From: Cyanophora paradoxa CCMP329
Taxonomy: Eukaryota > Plantae > Glaucophyta
Direction: 5' to 3'
DNA: 64,000 bases
NCBI GenBank assembly: GCA_004431415.1
Contig: QPMI01000022.1
Coordinates: forward strand, 186,001-250,000
The position numbers and the translations under genes were made by a program. Position 1 is the stretch's first letter. The number at the start of each line of letters is the position of its first letter. Positions 37,981 through 49,940 of this stretch are shown piece after piece. Below the pieces are notes generated by a model, which worked only from the letters and a program-made list of their open reading frames with translations, made no database searches and was not told where the DNA came from.

Positions 37981-40900
37981 ATGGAGGGCGTGCGGAAGTC
38001 GGTGCGGCTGGCGGCGCAGACGGCTATCAAGTTCCTGGAGGATGAGCAGGACGAGGCCCGCAGCTGGGACGGGGACGAGCCGCCAGCGCAGCCGCCGGCG
38101 CCGCGCGTGCACCTGCACCTTCCCCACGCGCCGGCGCACTCGAGCCTCAAGAAGCCCAAGCGGAGGAGTGTGGACGCGGCCGAGTACGATGGGCCTTTCA
38201 TCGGGCCTCTCCCGCTTGAGCCCGGGGCAGCCCTGCGGATGCACCTCAACCTCAACTGGGACGTCATCCCTCAGGCGCCCGCGGCGACGAGCGGCGTCTC
38301 GTCCCGCACCGTGGCGGCCTCGTCGCGCCGGGAGGCGGCGATGGCGCAGATGACGGCTCGGAGCCGCTCGCAGCGCGACGCGTACTTCAGCAACGTCGAC
38401 GACGCCGTCGCGCACATGAACGCGGCGCTGGAGGCCGCGTGGCGCCGCGAGGAGAAGCGGCGCAAGCGCGAGAAGGCCCGCGTCGCGGCCGAGCGGCGGC
38501 GCCTGAGCGGCTCCAGCGGCCACGCCGGCGGAGCTGCTGGCGCCGGCGCCGGCTCCTCCGGCGGGGCGGGGAGCGACGGGGACGAGTCCTCGAGCGGGAG
38601 CGGGAGCGAGAGCAGCGGCTCCTGGAGCGGCTCTTCCTCCTCCTCTGCCTCCGCACCCTCCTCCGCCTCCGGGAGGGGTACGCCCGAGGAGGACCGCCTC
38701 GCCCGCTCCGTGCGCCAGGCGAGCGCGCTCCTCGCCGAGGTCCACCGCGCCGTGCGTACCCCTTTCGGCCGACTCCGCACGTACCACCCTCCTCCCCGCC
38801 CGCCTCAACCCCCCTCCCCACCGCAGAAAACGGACCCTTGCTGGCTCCCCATCGTGCGCTCGCCTCTCTTTCCCCGTACCCGTACCCCCTTCGGCCCTCA
38901 CCGTACCCCACCCCCCGCAGCCCGAGCACAGCTGCAGGTGCCCCAGCATCCCTCCCCTCCCCTCACTGCAGCGCCGATTTCGCCGCAGCGAATCGACGAG
39001 CGACACGGAGTGGGGCAGCGCGTCGACGCACACGTCCGTCGGCGCGGACCCCGCCGCGTACAACAGCGCCAACGTAACCCCCCCCCCCCCGCCCCCCCCC
39101 CCCGAATTATAATCCAGTACCCCAGGAGAAGAAGAGGAGGCGGCGGCGGTGGGCGCAGAGGGACCGAAAGCGGCGCGCGAAGCACCGGCGGCGCAAGGCG
39201 CGGAAGGAGGCGGCGATTCGCGACAGGGAGCGGCACGTCTTCGGGAAGATGAGCGAGGGCGGCAGCGCGTACGCCGTAGCCGCCGCGGCTGCGGCTGCGG
39301 CTGCGGGAGGGGCCGGAGAGGAAGCGGTGCAGGCCACGGCCCGGCGCCGGGCTTCCACGGCCTCACGCCTCGGGCTGCTGGGCGAGCCGACCCCGCGCAC
39401 CCAGCGGGGCCCCTCCTTCGCCGCGTCGCCCTTCGCGTCGCTCTTCCCCCCCATCGCCCAGCCCCAGCTCCAGCTCCAGCCTCAGGCTGCGCGGCCCCGC
39501 GTCGAGCGGGTGCTCCTGCAGCCCGCCGTCTTCGACTTTGGGGACGGGCTGGCGCCCCACGGGCGCGCGGGACCCCGCGGCGTGCGCCCTGTACCCCCCC
39601 ACCCAACCAATCTCTTTGTCTTAGACTTGGACGCGCGCAGGGCCAGCTGGTCACGAACTTCTCCCTGGCAAAGGTAAGAAGGGAGAGCTTAGAAGCTAAG
39701 AAGCTAAGAAGGGATAGCTTAGAGGCGGCGGGCCGGGCGCCACCGCAGGCGGTTCGGGAGGCGCTGGCGGAGGCGCGCGGGCGGGGCGGGCGGGGCGCCT
39801 CGTCGGACGGCGAGGAGGAGGAGGAGGACGAGCGGCGGCGGAGGCGGCAGCGGCAGCTGCTGCGGGTCACGCGGGAGGTCATACGGCTCCTCCTCGAGGC
39901 CGGTGCGATGCGCTATATTTAGATCTTTCTTTCCCGCCCGGCAGGGTACGGTGCGATGCGATCTTTCTTTCCCGCCCGGCAGGGTACGTGGACGAGGCGG
40001 CGGCGGTGGCGGGGGGGCGCCTGCCCCCGCTGCACCTCTTCGCGGACGGGCACAGGTACCCGCCTCCCCCCCCCCTCCCCGCCTCCCTTCTCCTCCTTCT
40101 CCTCTTGACGCCCTCGGCAGCCCGCCGGCGATGCGGGCGGCGCGGGAGCGGGCGCGGCAGGAGCAGGAGCGTGAGCACTACCGGCGCCAGTGAGTAAATT
40201 GGCGGCTCAGCTGAGCGTCGCTGAGCTGACTCTGCCACGCAGGCACAGGCACAGCCGGCACGGGAGCCGGCACAGCAGCCGGAGGCACCGCCACCACTCG
40301 CGGCACGGGCACTCGCGCCGCGGACATTCCCACCACAGCCACTCCTCGAAGCACGGGCAGCACTCGGCCGACGGGCGCGGCCAGGATTCGGGCGCCGGGC
40401 TGGGGCCCTGGGGCGGCAGCGCCGGTGGCCAGGGATTCTCCCCCTCCGACCCGACGGGGGCTTCCCCCTTCGCTCTCCCCCACTCGCGGTCGCCACCGCG
40501 GTCTCCGGGGCCGACGGGGCAGCCGCCCCCTCGGGAGGAGCCGGACCTCTCGGGATCGATCAAGATCGCGTCGTTCCAGTCGTACCCCGCCGTTGCAGCC
40601 GCGCAGGCCGCCGCCGCGTCGCAGGCGGCCGCAGCGGCCGCCGCCGCCGCCTCCGCGGCCGCGTCGCGGGGCCCGTCTCCCACAGAGCTGGCGGCGGCGG
40701 CGGAGGAGACCGCGCAGCGGCTGCGGGCGGCGCGCAAGGGCCGGGCCCTCGCCGAGAACCTGACGGTCCTCCTCCCCTCCGAACTCTCCGACGAGTCCGG
40801 CGAAGGCGGGCGGAAGCGGAGGCGGCGCCGGCGCCGCCGGCAGCAGCAGCGGCGCCGCGGGAGCGAGGGATCCTCGGGGGGCGCTCCCTCCCCCTGGGCG

Positions 40901-42078
40901 GGGTACCACGGCCCCGGGCAGCGCGAGATCCGGTTCTGGCTCTCCGAGGCGGGGCCGGGGGCGAGCCCCTCGCAGACGTACCCCCCTTCCCCCAGCAAGG
41001 TGGTCTCCCCATCCAAGCGGCCTCTACCCGCCTCCCCAGCCAAGCGCCGTTCCTCCGCTCTCTCCCCCGGCCCCGCCTCCGCCGCGGTATCCCCCGGCGC
41101 GACGTTCCCGGGGCCCCGGGGCCTCCTCCCCCCCGTGGACTCCGACGCGGTATCCCCCGTTCCCTCCCCCCTCCTCGATGGGGACCCGTTTCTCGTCACC
41201 TCCCCCCTCCTCCGACGCCCGCACCCCCTGTACCCCTCGTCGCCTTTTTTTCTTTCTCCGCAGGCGACCTTCTCCTCCCCCCCTCCCGTCGCCCCTTCCC
41301 CGCCCCCCGCCCCGGCTCCGGACTCGCCCTCGCCACCGCCACCGCCTCTGCCGGCGTCCCTACCGCCCCTGGAGCCCGAGCGGTGGCCTCGGCGGCGGGA
41401 GCGCGCGGCGCCGCCGCGAAGCGAGTACGCGAAAGGCATCCCCTCAGAACTCTTCTACACGTCCCACGCCACCGGCCGGTTCGTGCCCCCTCCCGGCTTT
41501 CCTTGTACCCCCTGACAGACCTGCCCGGCGGCAGGGATGCGCTGCAGGTTCGGGTGGACGGGGACGGGGGCGTGGAGGCGGCGCTCGCGGCGCTGGCGTC
41601 CCGTGGGGCGGCGGCGGCGGCGGAGGCGCTGCGGGCGGGCTCGGGCTCTGGCCCGGCCGCCTCCGCGGCCCGGAGCCCCCTCCAAGACGCCCCCGAAGTG
41701 GCCGCGATCCTCCGAAAGGCGCAGGCGCAGTACCCCCCCGCGGCCCGCCCCGGCCCCCGCCCCCTCGGGCCCCCCGGCGCAGCCACCGCGTCCCACGCCT
41801 CTCTGCCGGCGGCCGTGGGCGATCGCGAGGGGCGGCCCGCCGCCCTCGCCCACTCCCGAAGCGAGCCGGCTCTCATGGCAGCGGCCCCCGCGGCCGGGCA
41901 GCTCCCGCCCGTGCACGCGCGCTCCCCAAAGAAGCCGCCGCGGGAGGCGGCGGAGGCGGCGGCCGAGGCGGCCGAGGCGGTCCAGCGGAAGGAGAGGCGG
42001 GCGGCGCAGCGGAACCTCCTGCGGCTCCTCCGCGCGAAGGGCGTGGCGCTCTCCCCCTTCGAGCAGCTCGGGGCCTAG
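37981..42078 (+). CDS. Uncharacterised, largely disordered multi-exon protein (Ser/Pro/Arg-rich, His-rich tract, short helical segments)
   Basis: Long GC3-biased exons (37981-38751, about 40240-41480, 41520-42078) joined by GT..CAG introns. No domain recognised. Confidence 0.6.
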
Positions 42079-42795
42079 CCGAGTCTGCAGGGCAGTTAGG
42101 TAGCCGAGGCTATGGGCCTAGTTGTAGCCTGTAGCCGAATGCGATGCGTCGACGTCGCCGAGGCCGTTGGAGGCTTGTAGCCGATATCGCTGTAGTCGAA
42201 TGCGATGCATGCATATGTCGCAGGGGGCAGGGCCCAAGCCGCAGGGCTAGGCATTTGGTTTGCAGCCAGGTTGCCAGGTGAATATTATTATTAATGCGAT
42301 GCACTGTTTCATGATGGCCATATCACGCCTGGCCAGGCCGCTGGGATAGGCGCGGCATATGGCTCCGCCACGTGCACAGCATATGCATGCATAATATAAA
42401 GCGTGCGCATGCGCAGGCTTGGATATCGCGATCGATGCCCCACCCGGGACCCTGACAACGTCCGTGCCCATGGCCAGAGTCTCCGAATGTGCGAAATTCA
42501 ATTTAATCTCAATGCAAGAAATGCTTGCTAGAACGAATGTCTGAGCCAATACCAGTGAAAGTGATGTCTGACGGTCGTCGTCTGTAAAGTTGCTCGAATA
42601 AAGGGAAATTTCGTTGAACGAACTAATCAGAAACTGGACTAAGTTATACGGCTGCATGCGCAGGAACTATGAGTAGCTAAATCAGAACTGAACTGAACTG
42701 AAACACAGTCATTCACATCGATCATTCACTAATTATAAATGATCCGAATACGTTTTAAAATCTACTACGTATACTCGCGATCGAAAGCAACGGAA

Positions 42796-45700
42796 TCAAC
42801 GGTACCCCGAAGGCAACCACGAATTCTTATTCGCGTCCAGCGCGGAAACGCGTACAGCCGCCGAGATGGCCTCGCGATCGTCGCGATCGGCGATCGCGAG
42901 GCCCGCCGCCTCCGCATCGGGCTCGACCGGCACCGGCGTGGCCGGCCGCGAAGCCGCGGCGGACGCCGACGTCGATCCTGACGGCGCCAGCTGCAGGATG
43001 CCTGCAAGCGTCTGACGGATCGTCCTGGGCGGCCGCGAACGAAGTCGCATCAGATTCAAATCGAACAAATAAAAAGTGGGATACATAGAAAAGTGCGCGC
43101 ACAGGAACGTCGGCCGCTGCTGCAGGCTCCGCGAGAGGCAGGAGCGGGCCAGGGGCCGGAGCTGCTCCGGAACCACGCCGAAGGCGGCGCGGGGGAAGGG
43201 CTGCCCCTTGACCACGTGCTCGGGGCCGACGGTGGCCGCGTCGCCTCCGTAGGGCTTCCAGCCGGTCGCCATCTCCATGAGGATGATGCCGAATGCCCAA
43301 ACCTGCGCATGCGCAGGCCGACGCACATGTCAGCGCGATGCGCGCGGCACGCGCGATTGCGAGCGGCATATTATTGCATGGATCGAAAGGCTCGGGCGCA
43401 CGTCCGCCTTGACCGGATCGTTCTTCGTGTAGGTCTCGGGCGGCAGGTAGACTCTGTCGGTGAAATCGGATCCGGTGTCAGCAGAGCGGCCTGCCTGAAT
43501 TTCGGAAATTCGAGCGCACAGGGTGCCGCGGATGCCGGGGGAGGACTGTGCCGTCTCGATGCGCCGCGAGATCCCTGCTCGCGATCGCAGGTTGTCTCAG
43601 CCAATTGCAACGCCCACATCGGCGGCATGAGCAATTGCAGCATTACTTGCATACCGAAGTCGCCCACGCGCAGCGTTGGCCCCGAGCCATCATCCTGAAG
43701 AGAAGGTGAGGACAGAGCTGCGGTCACGTAGCGACTGCGCCGCGCCGCGGCGATCGCACCCCGCGGAAGACGAGGATGTTCTGGGGCTTGAGGTCGCGGT
43801 GGGCGACCGGGCGCGGGAGCTCGTGGTGCAGGTACGACATCCCTGCGTGATAAATGAGCGTGATACATTGGCGCGCGCACTGCGGCCGCGGATCCGGACC
43901 CGAGGCGATCTGGAAGGCGAAGGAGGCGACGAGGTCGGCGGGGAGCACGCCGCGGTCGACGAGCAGCGCGCTGAGCGACGTCTCCGCCAGCGGCATCACT
44001 GCGACGAACGTAAAGCAGTTACATATCCAGGGATTCAGCGTCTGAGGGCGTCGACGATATGATATATAAGAAGTTAAGGAATCGAACGAACGCACCGATG
44101 TAGAGCTTGAAGCGGTCCGTGAAGAGGGCCTCGCAGCGCAGCACGTTCGGGTGGTCGCACAGCTGGCCGGGCGCGCGGTGGCGATAAGCTTATATTAAGC
44201 TTAAGCATAAAGCTAACTGTAATGTACGAGAGCGCGTCCATATGCGAGAGTGCACCTTCTGAAGGCGGGCCCCGTGTATCTCGCGCTCCGCGACCTGCGA
44301 AAGGAAAGAAAACCAAATCATTTCGTGTGTAGCCGGCAATTTTGCAAGCTTAAGGTTTCGAGCGGCGCGGCGCCGGCGGCGCTGGCCTGCGGGTCGTTGA
44401 GGGAGACTTCCTTGACGGCCCTCTTGATGAACCGCGGGCTGGCGCGGGCGCCAGCTGCAGGCGCGTCGCGATCGCGATCGGCGCCCTCCGGGTCGGAGTG
44501 GGTTGCAATTGAGCCGGCGGCCGCGGGTCCCGTGTCGCTGCGGAGCCAGGTGGCCGACGACTCTGGCAGGGAAATCGCGTACACTGCCGCGAAATCGTCA
44601 GCTCGACCAAGAAAAGATTTAGAGGCGATATCTAGAGTCCAAGCGTAAGCACCGCGGCCGAAGGCGCCCTCCCCGAGAAGGGCGAGCGGCTCCCGGACGC
44701 TCCTGAGCAGAGGCTCGGGGACCGGCTTCAGGGGCGCCAGCGCGGCGCGCTCGGCGAGCGTCAGGTCGCCGCCGGCGTCGCCGTCGTCGGCGAGGAGCTG
44801 CAGCACGGCCGCCGCGCTGGATCCGGGGCTGGGCGATCGATCCCGACCGGCGGCATCCCCTGTCGATCCCGACCGGCGGCGGCGGCTCCTGTCGGGCGGG
44901 ACGACCAGGTTCTGGCCCGTTAGCGCCGACAGGTCGATCTGCAGCGCGAGCGCGCGTGAGCCGCTGAGCTGCGCACTCGAAATTCAACGCTGAAATTCGA
45001 CGTAGAGCGCACCAGCACGTTGGCGGGCGACTCGTCGACGTCGACGTCGTCGCTCGGGCTGGACCGCGATCGGGACCGCGATCCATGGCCGGCGCCGGGA
45101 CCGGCGGTCGCTTCCAGGAGCGAAGCCGACGAGCTGGAGGGGTGGGGCGAGCAGAGCGGCGCGCTCGCCTCGTCCGCGGCGATCGCGGGGCCGGCGCCGC
45201 GCAGGGCCCGGGCCCGAGCGCGGCGCCTCCGCCTGCAGTACAGCGCGAGGCACGCGCCGATCGCGAGCGCGGCGATGGCAATCGCGACTCCCGCAGCTGC
45301 TGCTGTGGCGCCTGCGGAGCCGGCGCCGGCGCCGGTTGCGGAGCCGCCGCCGTCGCCGTCGGCGGCCGCCGGCACCGGCGCCGGCTGCTCGTCGAGCTCG
45401 TCGTACGGAGACGGATCATCCTCGCCGTCGGGATCGAAGCCGGCATCGCTTTCGCCGCGCCAGAGCCCGAGCGCCCGCTCGGCGTCGCCGGCGCCGGCGT
45501 CGGCGTCGGCGCTCGCCGGCGGCTGACCCTCGGGGTCCGAGAAAGACGAGACGCGTACGGGCCGGTCGCTGAGCCCCGGCATGACCAGCCGGCCCGAGCG
45601 CGTGAGGTTTCTGATGGCCTCCAGGATGAGGGACCCGGGGAGTGCGGCAGGAACCGACTCGCCATCGCGGTCGGCGGACGTCGCCGCGGGTTTCAGGACC

Positions 45701-46236
45701 TGGGCGGAGAACGACCAGCACGACGGTTAGCGAATATATAACTATAGCAAAAGAGCAGGGCATCTGGCGCCAGGTCTGCACGGCGCACCTGAACGTGAAA
45801 CATGATCGACCCGCATCGGATGTCGGCGATCTTCACCCGCCCCTGCAGCTGCGCAAGCGCCCCGATGTCGAGCGTCACGCGCGCGCGCGCGGGCGAAGGA
45901 ACCGACGCGTACGCAGCGCGAAACGCACTTTGTTAAGGCCAACTCGGAGCGCATCGGAGAGAAGCTCGGAGAGCGCCCGCGTGGCGGACGCCGGTGTCTC
46001 CCGCCGCGTGTAGAGCACGCACTCCTCCCGCGACGACGACCGGGCCGACAGCCAGAGCTCGACGGCACCCGCAGCCGACGACGAAGATGTCGACGTTAGT
46101 GCCGGCATCGCCGTCGCCGTCGCCGTCGCTGGGGCGGTGCATGCGCAGTTGCGTCCGCTCGCGATCGCCGAGCTCTCGCTGCTGTCCGCGTCGCACAGGG
46201 ACGTCGACGAGCAATCGGCGTTGCAGAGTTCGACCT
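42796..46236 (-). CDS. Single-pass receptor-like protein kinase (TKL-like); 5' end probably further upstream
   Basis: TM helix AAAGVAIAIAALAIGACLALYC followed by RRRRR. Kinase motifs LGEGAFG, AVK, HPNVL, VAHRDLKPQNILV, GDFG, GTL.YLPPE, ADVWAFGIILMEMATG.KPY, CL...QQRPTF. Confidence 0.88.
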
Positions 46237-46319
46237 GCAATACCGGGCGCGCGCGGCAAGGTCAGTCGCGGCGCCCGGCGTCGCATGCGTCTCCGTGTCT
46301 CAACGAACTAAAGAGACTG

Positions 46320-47499
46320 GGCGCACGGCGCGGATTGCGAGCTCGATCTTGGCGGACCCGTCCACTCGAAATCGGTCGCGTTCCCCCGGGCCCGATATCG
46401 ATTTCCGGTCAAGCCTGCTGAAGCGCGTCATGATCATGAGCGGCAGCGTACGCGTATGATATATTCGAGATATATATATATATATATAGCGCGTTGGGAG
46501 TGGACTCTCCGGGACCCATGGCCAGAGCAGGTCGACGTCGCTAGCGCTAGGTGGCTATAGATCCGGCCATTCGGAGTGTAACAAGGCTCGGAAGCGGGGT
46601 GAGCAGGGCGACGAAACGAGTTATATAGATGATGATGCATATGATTTGAGGAGCTGGGGTGACGTTAAAACAAAACCGAAAGGTAACAAAAGAAAAGGGT
46701 GCAAGGGGCGGAAGATGATTCAGACGACGGATGAATGCATATGAGTAATGAGAAGAAACTAAAGATTGTTTACGTTAAATCCGCTGATCCGTATACATAG
46801 TAATGATCATGATAATGAGACCGAGCCGGGGGGGACCATGGCCAGAGCCGTTGGGGCAGGGGGCCCTGGGGGCAGAAAGAGGCGAGGGGTAAAAAAGCGG
46901 GCGGACGGGGGTAGCAGGGCTGGCGGAGGGTAGAGGTATAGGCGAAGGGGAGGAGGGGGGGAAGGGCAAGGGGGGGGGGGGGGGAGGGGGGAAGGGAGGG
47001 CAGGGGAGAATTCGAACCTGCAGGAGGCGATATCAATGCAGCCCGCCCGGACGCCCCCTGCTGCCCGCCCCTCCGCAGCTGCGCGTCCACGTGGCGCCTG
47101 CATCCGAAGAGGTGTCGAACCCGGCTCGGCTCAGGGGCGCAGATCTAGACGCGCTGAAGCTAGCGCCGGTGAAATATTAATGCGCACCTCGTTAACGTTG
47201 CACTGATCGTGGGGAGCGGAGACGGCATCTTGCAGCGCGCCCCGCAATCCGCGGCTGCTGCGAGGCTGCCGCGTTGGATCTACGGCCGCAATGCGTGGCC
47301 ATGGATCGCCGATGCGCATGCAGACTGTATCTGGAGTGTCTGCTTCGCTCCAATGTATGGCTCTGCCTGCAGCTGCCTCCAGCCGCAGCCGCGAGAGGCT
47401 AAAGGCGACGAGCACTAGTACTAATGCGAAGATTACAGCCACGCGCGTTCCCGTGCACGTGACTGCGCTGTAGCTGGAGTTGGGAGTGTCCATATGCAT
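46320..47499 (-). CDS. Probable 5' exons of the receptor kinase (N-terminal hydrophobic signal/anchor)
   Basis: MDTPNSSYSAVTCTGTRVAVIFALVLVLVAFSLS hydrophobic stretch, with exon-like GC-rich patches between it and the 46236 acceptor. The splice path was not fully resolved. Confidence 0.4.
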
Positions 47500-49940
47500 C
47501 CCGCGGCCGGCTCGCGGCCAGCACTGCAGCTGCAGCGTGTCGCGACTGCACAATTGCAACCATCGCCAGAACATCGACCGTCGGATCGCGAATCGCTGCG
47601 CATGCACGCTCTCCTGTCACAGCATAGCTTTCGAAATTTCAGCAGCTGGCCATGGCCATGGGCGGCGCTGGGCGCTGCCGGACAACTGTCGGCTGCAATC
47701 TCTGCTGCAGGCCTAGCTATAGGCCTAGCTAAAGGGTTGCATAAGTAAGGCCGCGCGGCGGGCACCTGCGAGCGGAAGATGCTATATGGCTATAGCGCTC
47801 GCGGGATGCTGCTGATATCGATCACGATCACGTGGACGCTCGCGGCGAGCTCCGCACGTCGCACACAATCGCGCATGCTCGCCTATATATGCATAAAGCG
47901 TTCGCATCTGCGAGGCTCGCGGTCCGATCCGACGCCGGACCGACGGTCGAGGCGTCCGGCGCGCGGCGGCAAAGCGGGCCGGGGAAGCGGCTGAGCCGCG
48001 ATTTGGCGAATAGCTGTAGCTCAGGCGAGCCGCTGAGCTGCTTCTCCTAGTTAGCAGCTGTCAGACGTTAGCTGCAACGAAGCGGGGCCGCGCCTCAGCT
48101 CAGGCGCTGGCGGCGGCGAAGCGATCGGCGCGTGGCCGGAGGTACTACGGTACCGGTATGACCTACCGGTCCTAGCCAGCAGGCGATGAATTCGTGTAGC
48201 CCTGGTCGGCTCAGATGCTTGCGGCCGTTAGAAAAATGGTTGGGAGCTTTGTTTTTTTGTAGCTTCCGAAGTTCGGCGCTGTTCGCGATCGGCGGTTGAA
48301 TTGCGTAAATACCGAGCTCGAGTACTTACTACTTACATCACAGATACATGCAATGTGATGTACTTTCATGTATACGTAGTACGTACATGTATACGTACAG
48401 CTAGGGGATTGATATGAATTGCGTAAAGCGCCAAGTTGGATGAGTGACGGCTCAGAGCCTCAGACCGAGTCAGACGCCGCACGGACCTCGCTCAGATCTA
48501 GAGCGATGCGCGCGCTCTGAGCGGCGCTCACTGCCGCTCAGTCATGATCAGCCTCACGTACGCGTCGCTCACGAATCACGATCAGATCAGGATGCATATG
48601 CGCCTCATGATCATGAGTAATGATCATTGATCAGTGCGCTCAGATGCCTGTGGCCGCCGGGCCGGGCGCCGGCGCCGACCCGGGCCCGCGGCCCGCCGCT
48701 GCGCATGCTGGGCTGGCACCGCTGCTCGGGCGTCCGACGGTCCGCGGCCGGGAGACCCAATTCAAAGGTCAAAGGACTCCGGGAGTCAAAGCTCCCCACT
48801 GCGCATGCAGCTGCAGCTGCGCGCATATGCAGGGCTAGATGCCATGATATCGATGTGCTCCGGATCCGGCCCTCCGGGCCTCCGGCCGCGGGTCTTCGGC
48901 CCCGGCCCCCAGGCCCCGGCCGCCCTTCAGATCTAGCTACCGTACTACGGTAGTACTCGGCTACGTACATGTAAACAGATCTAGAGCCGCATGCTGCGCG
49001 CATGCGTATATATGCATGTACCTCTGGGCCCCGCGCGGGGCGCGGGCGCGGCCGCGGGCTGTCTCGACTTCTCGGAAGGCTCATGATCAGATACTACCAC
49101 TATGTATCGATCGAGATGATCGTGAAGTTGACAGCCGCTGATCATGATCATGATCATGAGCTGCAGCTCACGGGTCCGGATCCACTAATACTGGCCATGG
49201 CCTGGGCCAGGTCCACTGGGGCCATGATCATAAAGCGGCCTGGCCTATAGGTTCATATACCAGGCTGCCCCGCTGCGACTAGCGCTCGAGTTACCACTGA
49301 CGAGCTGCACGTGCACGGGCGGCCCCGCCGCCCCGCGGCCAGGCGCGCCCCGCCGCCGGCCACGCGCGGACCGCTGCCAGGGCTGCCTCTCGTAGGTCCG
49401 CAAGCGCAAGCCCGCCGGGCCGGGTCGGTTCCGGGGCCGGGGGCCGGGGGGCGGGCCGCCACCAGGCCTAGGGCCGGCGGCGCTGCCCCGCCGCAGGACT
49501 TGCGGCAGGAGCCGCTGTCGGGCCTGCTTATCATGGTCTTTATTGCATGATCATGATCATATGCATGAGCTCCGCACATGGCAATGATTTATGCTTGTTC
49601 GTATGATCTATTTTTTTCATATGCTTGTTCGAATTTCGTGCGTTCGAGTTCAGGGTTTGGATTCATTGTACGTAGTACATCGCTGTACATGTGCTCTAGA
49701 TCTGCCTCTGAAAGTGCCTGGGGGTTCGCTCTACGCTTTTAATTCAGGCCCCCAGCAGGGCCGCCGGCGCGGCGCCGGGCCAGCACCGTGTACCAGCTGC
49801 AGCGCTGATGCATGTGCCCTTGCACTATTGATATATCAACTCGTTCTTTGTACAATACGCACTGTACACGTGTACAACAAAATTTGATTTGATGTTCTCC
49901 TTCTATCGCAATCGCCGACACTTTATATAAATATAATTAG

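Noticed and set aside
37858-39882. 674-aa minus-strand ORF
   Set aside because: Antisense shadow of the GC-rich plus-strand gene; low complexity and no motifs.
42247-42657. 136-aa minus-strand ORF between convergent genes
   Set aside because: Atypical codon usage and no recognisable domain; probably 3' UTR or intergenic.
48175-48260. Possible small Pol III RNA ending in a T-run
   Set aside because: No recognisable snRNA, SRP, snoRNA or tRNA motifs.
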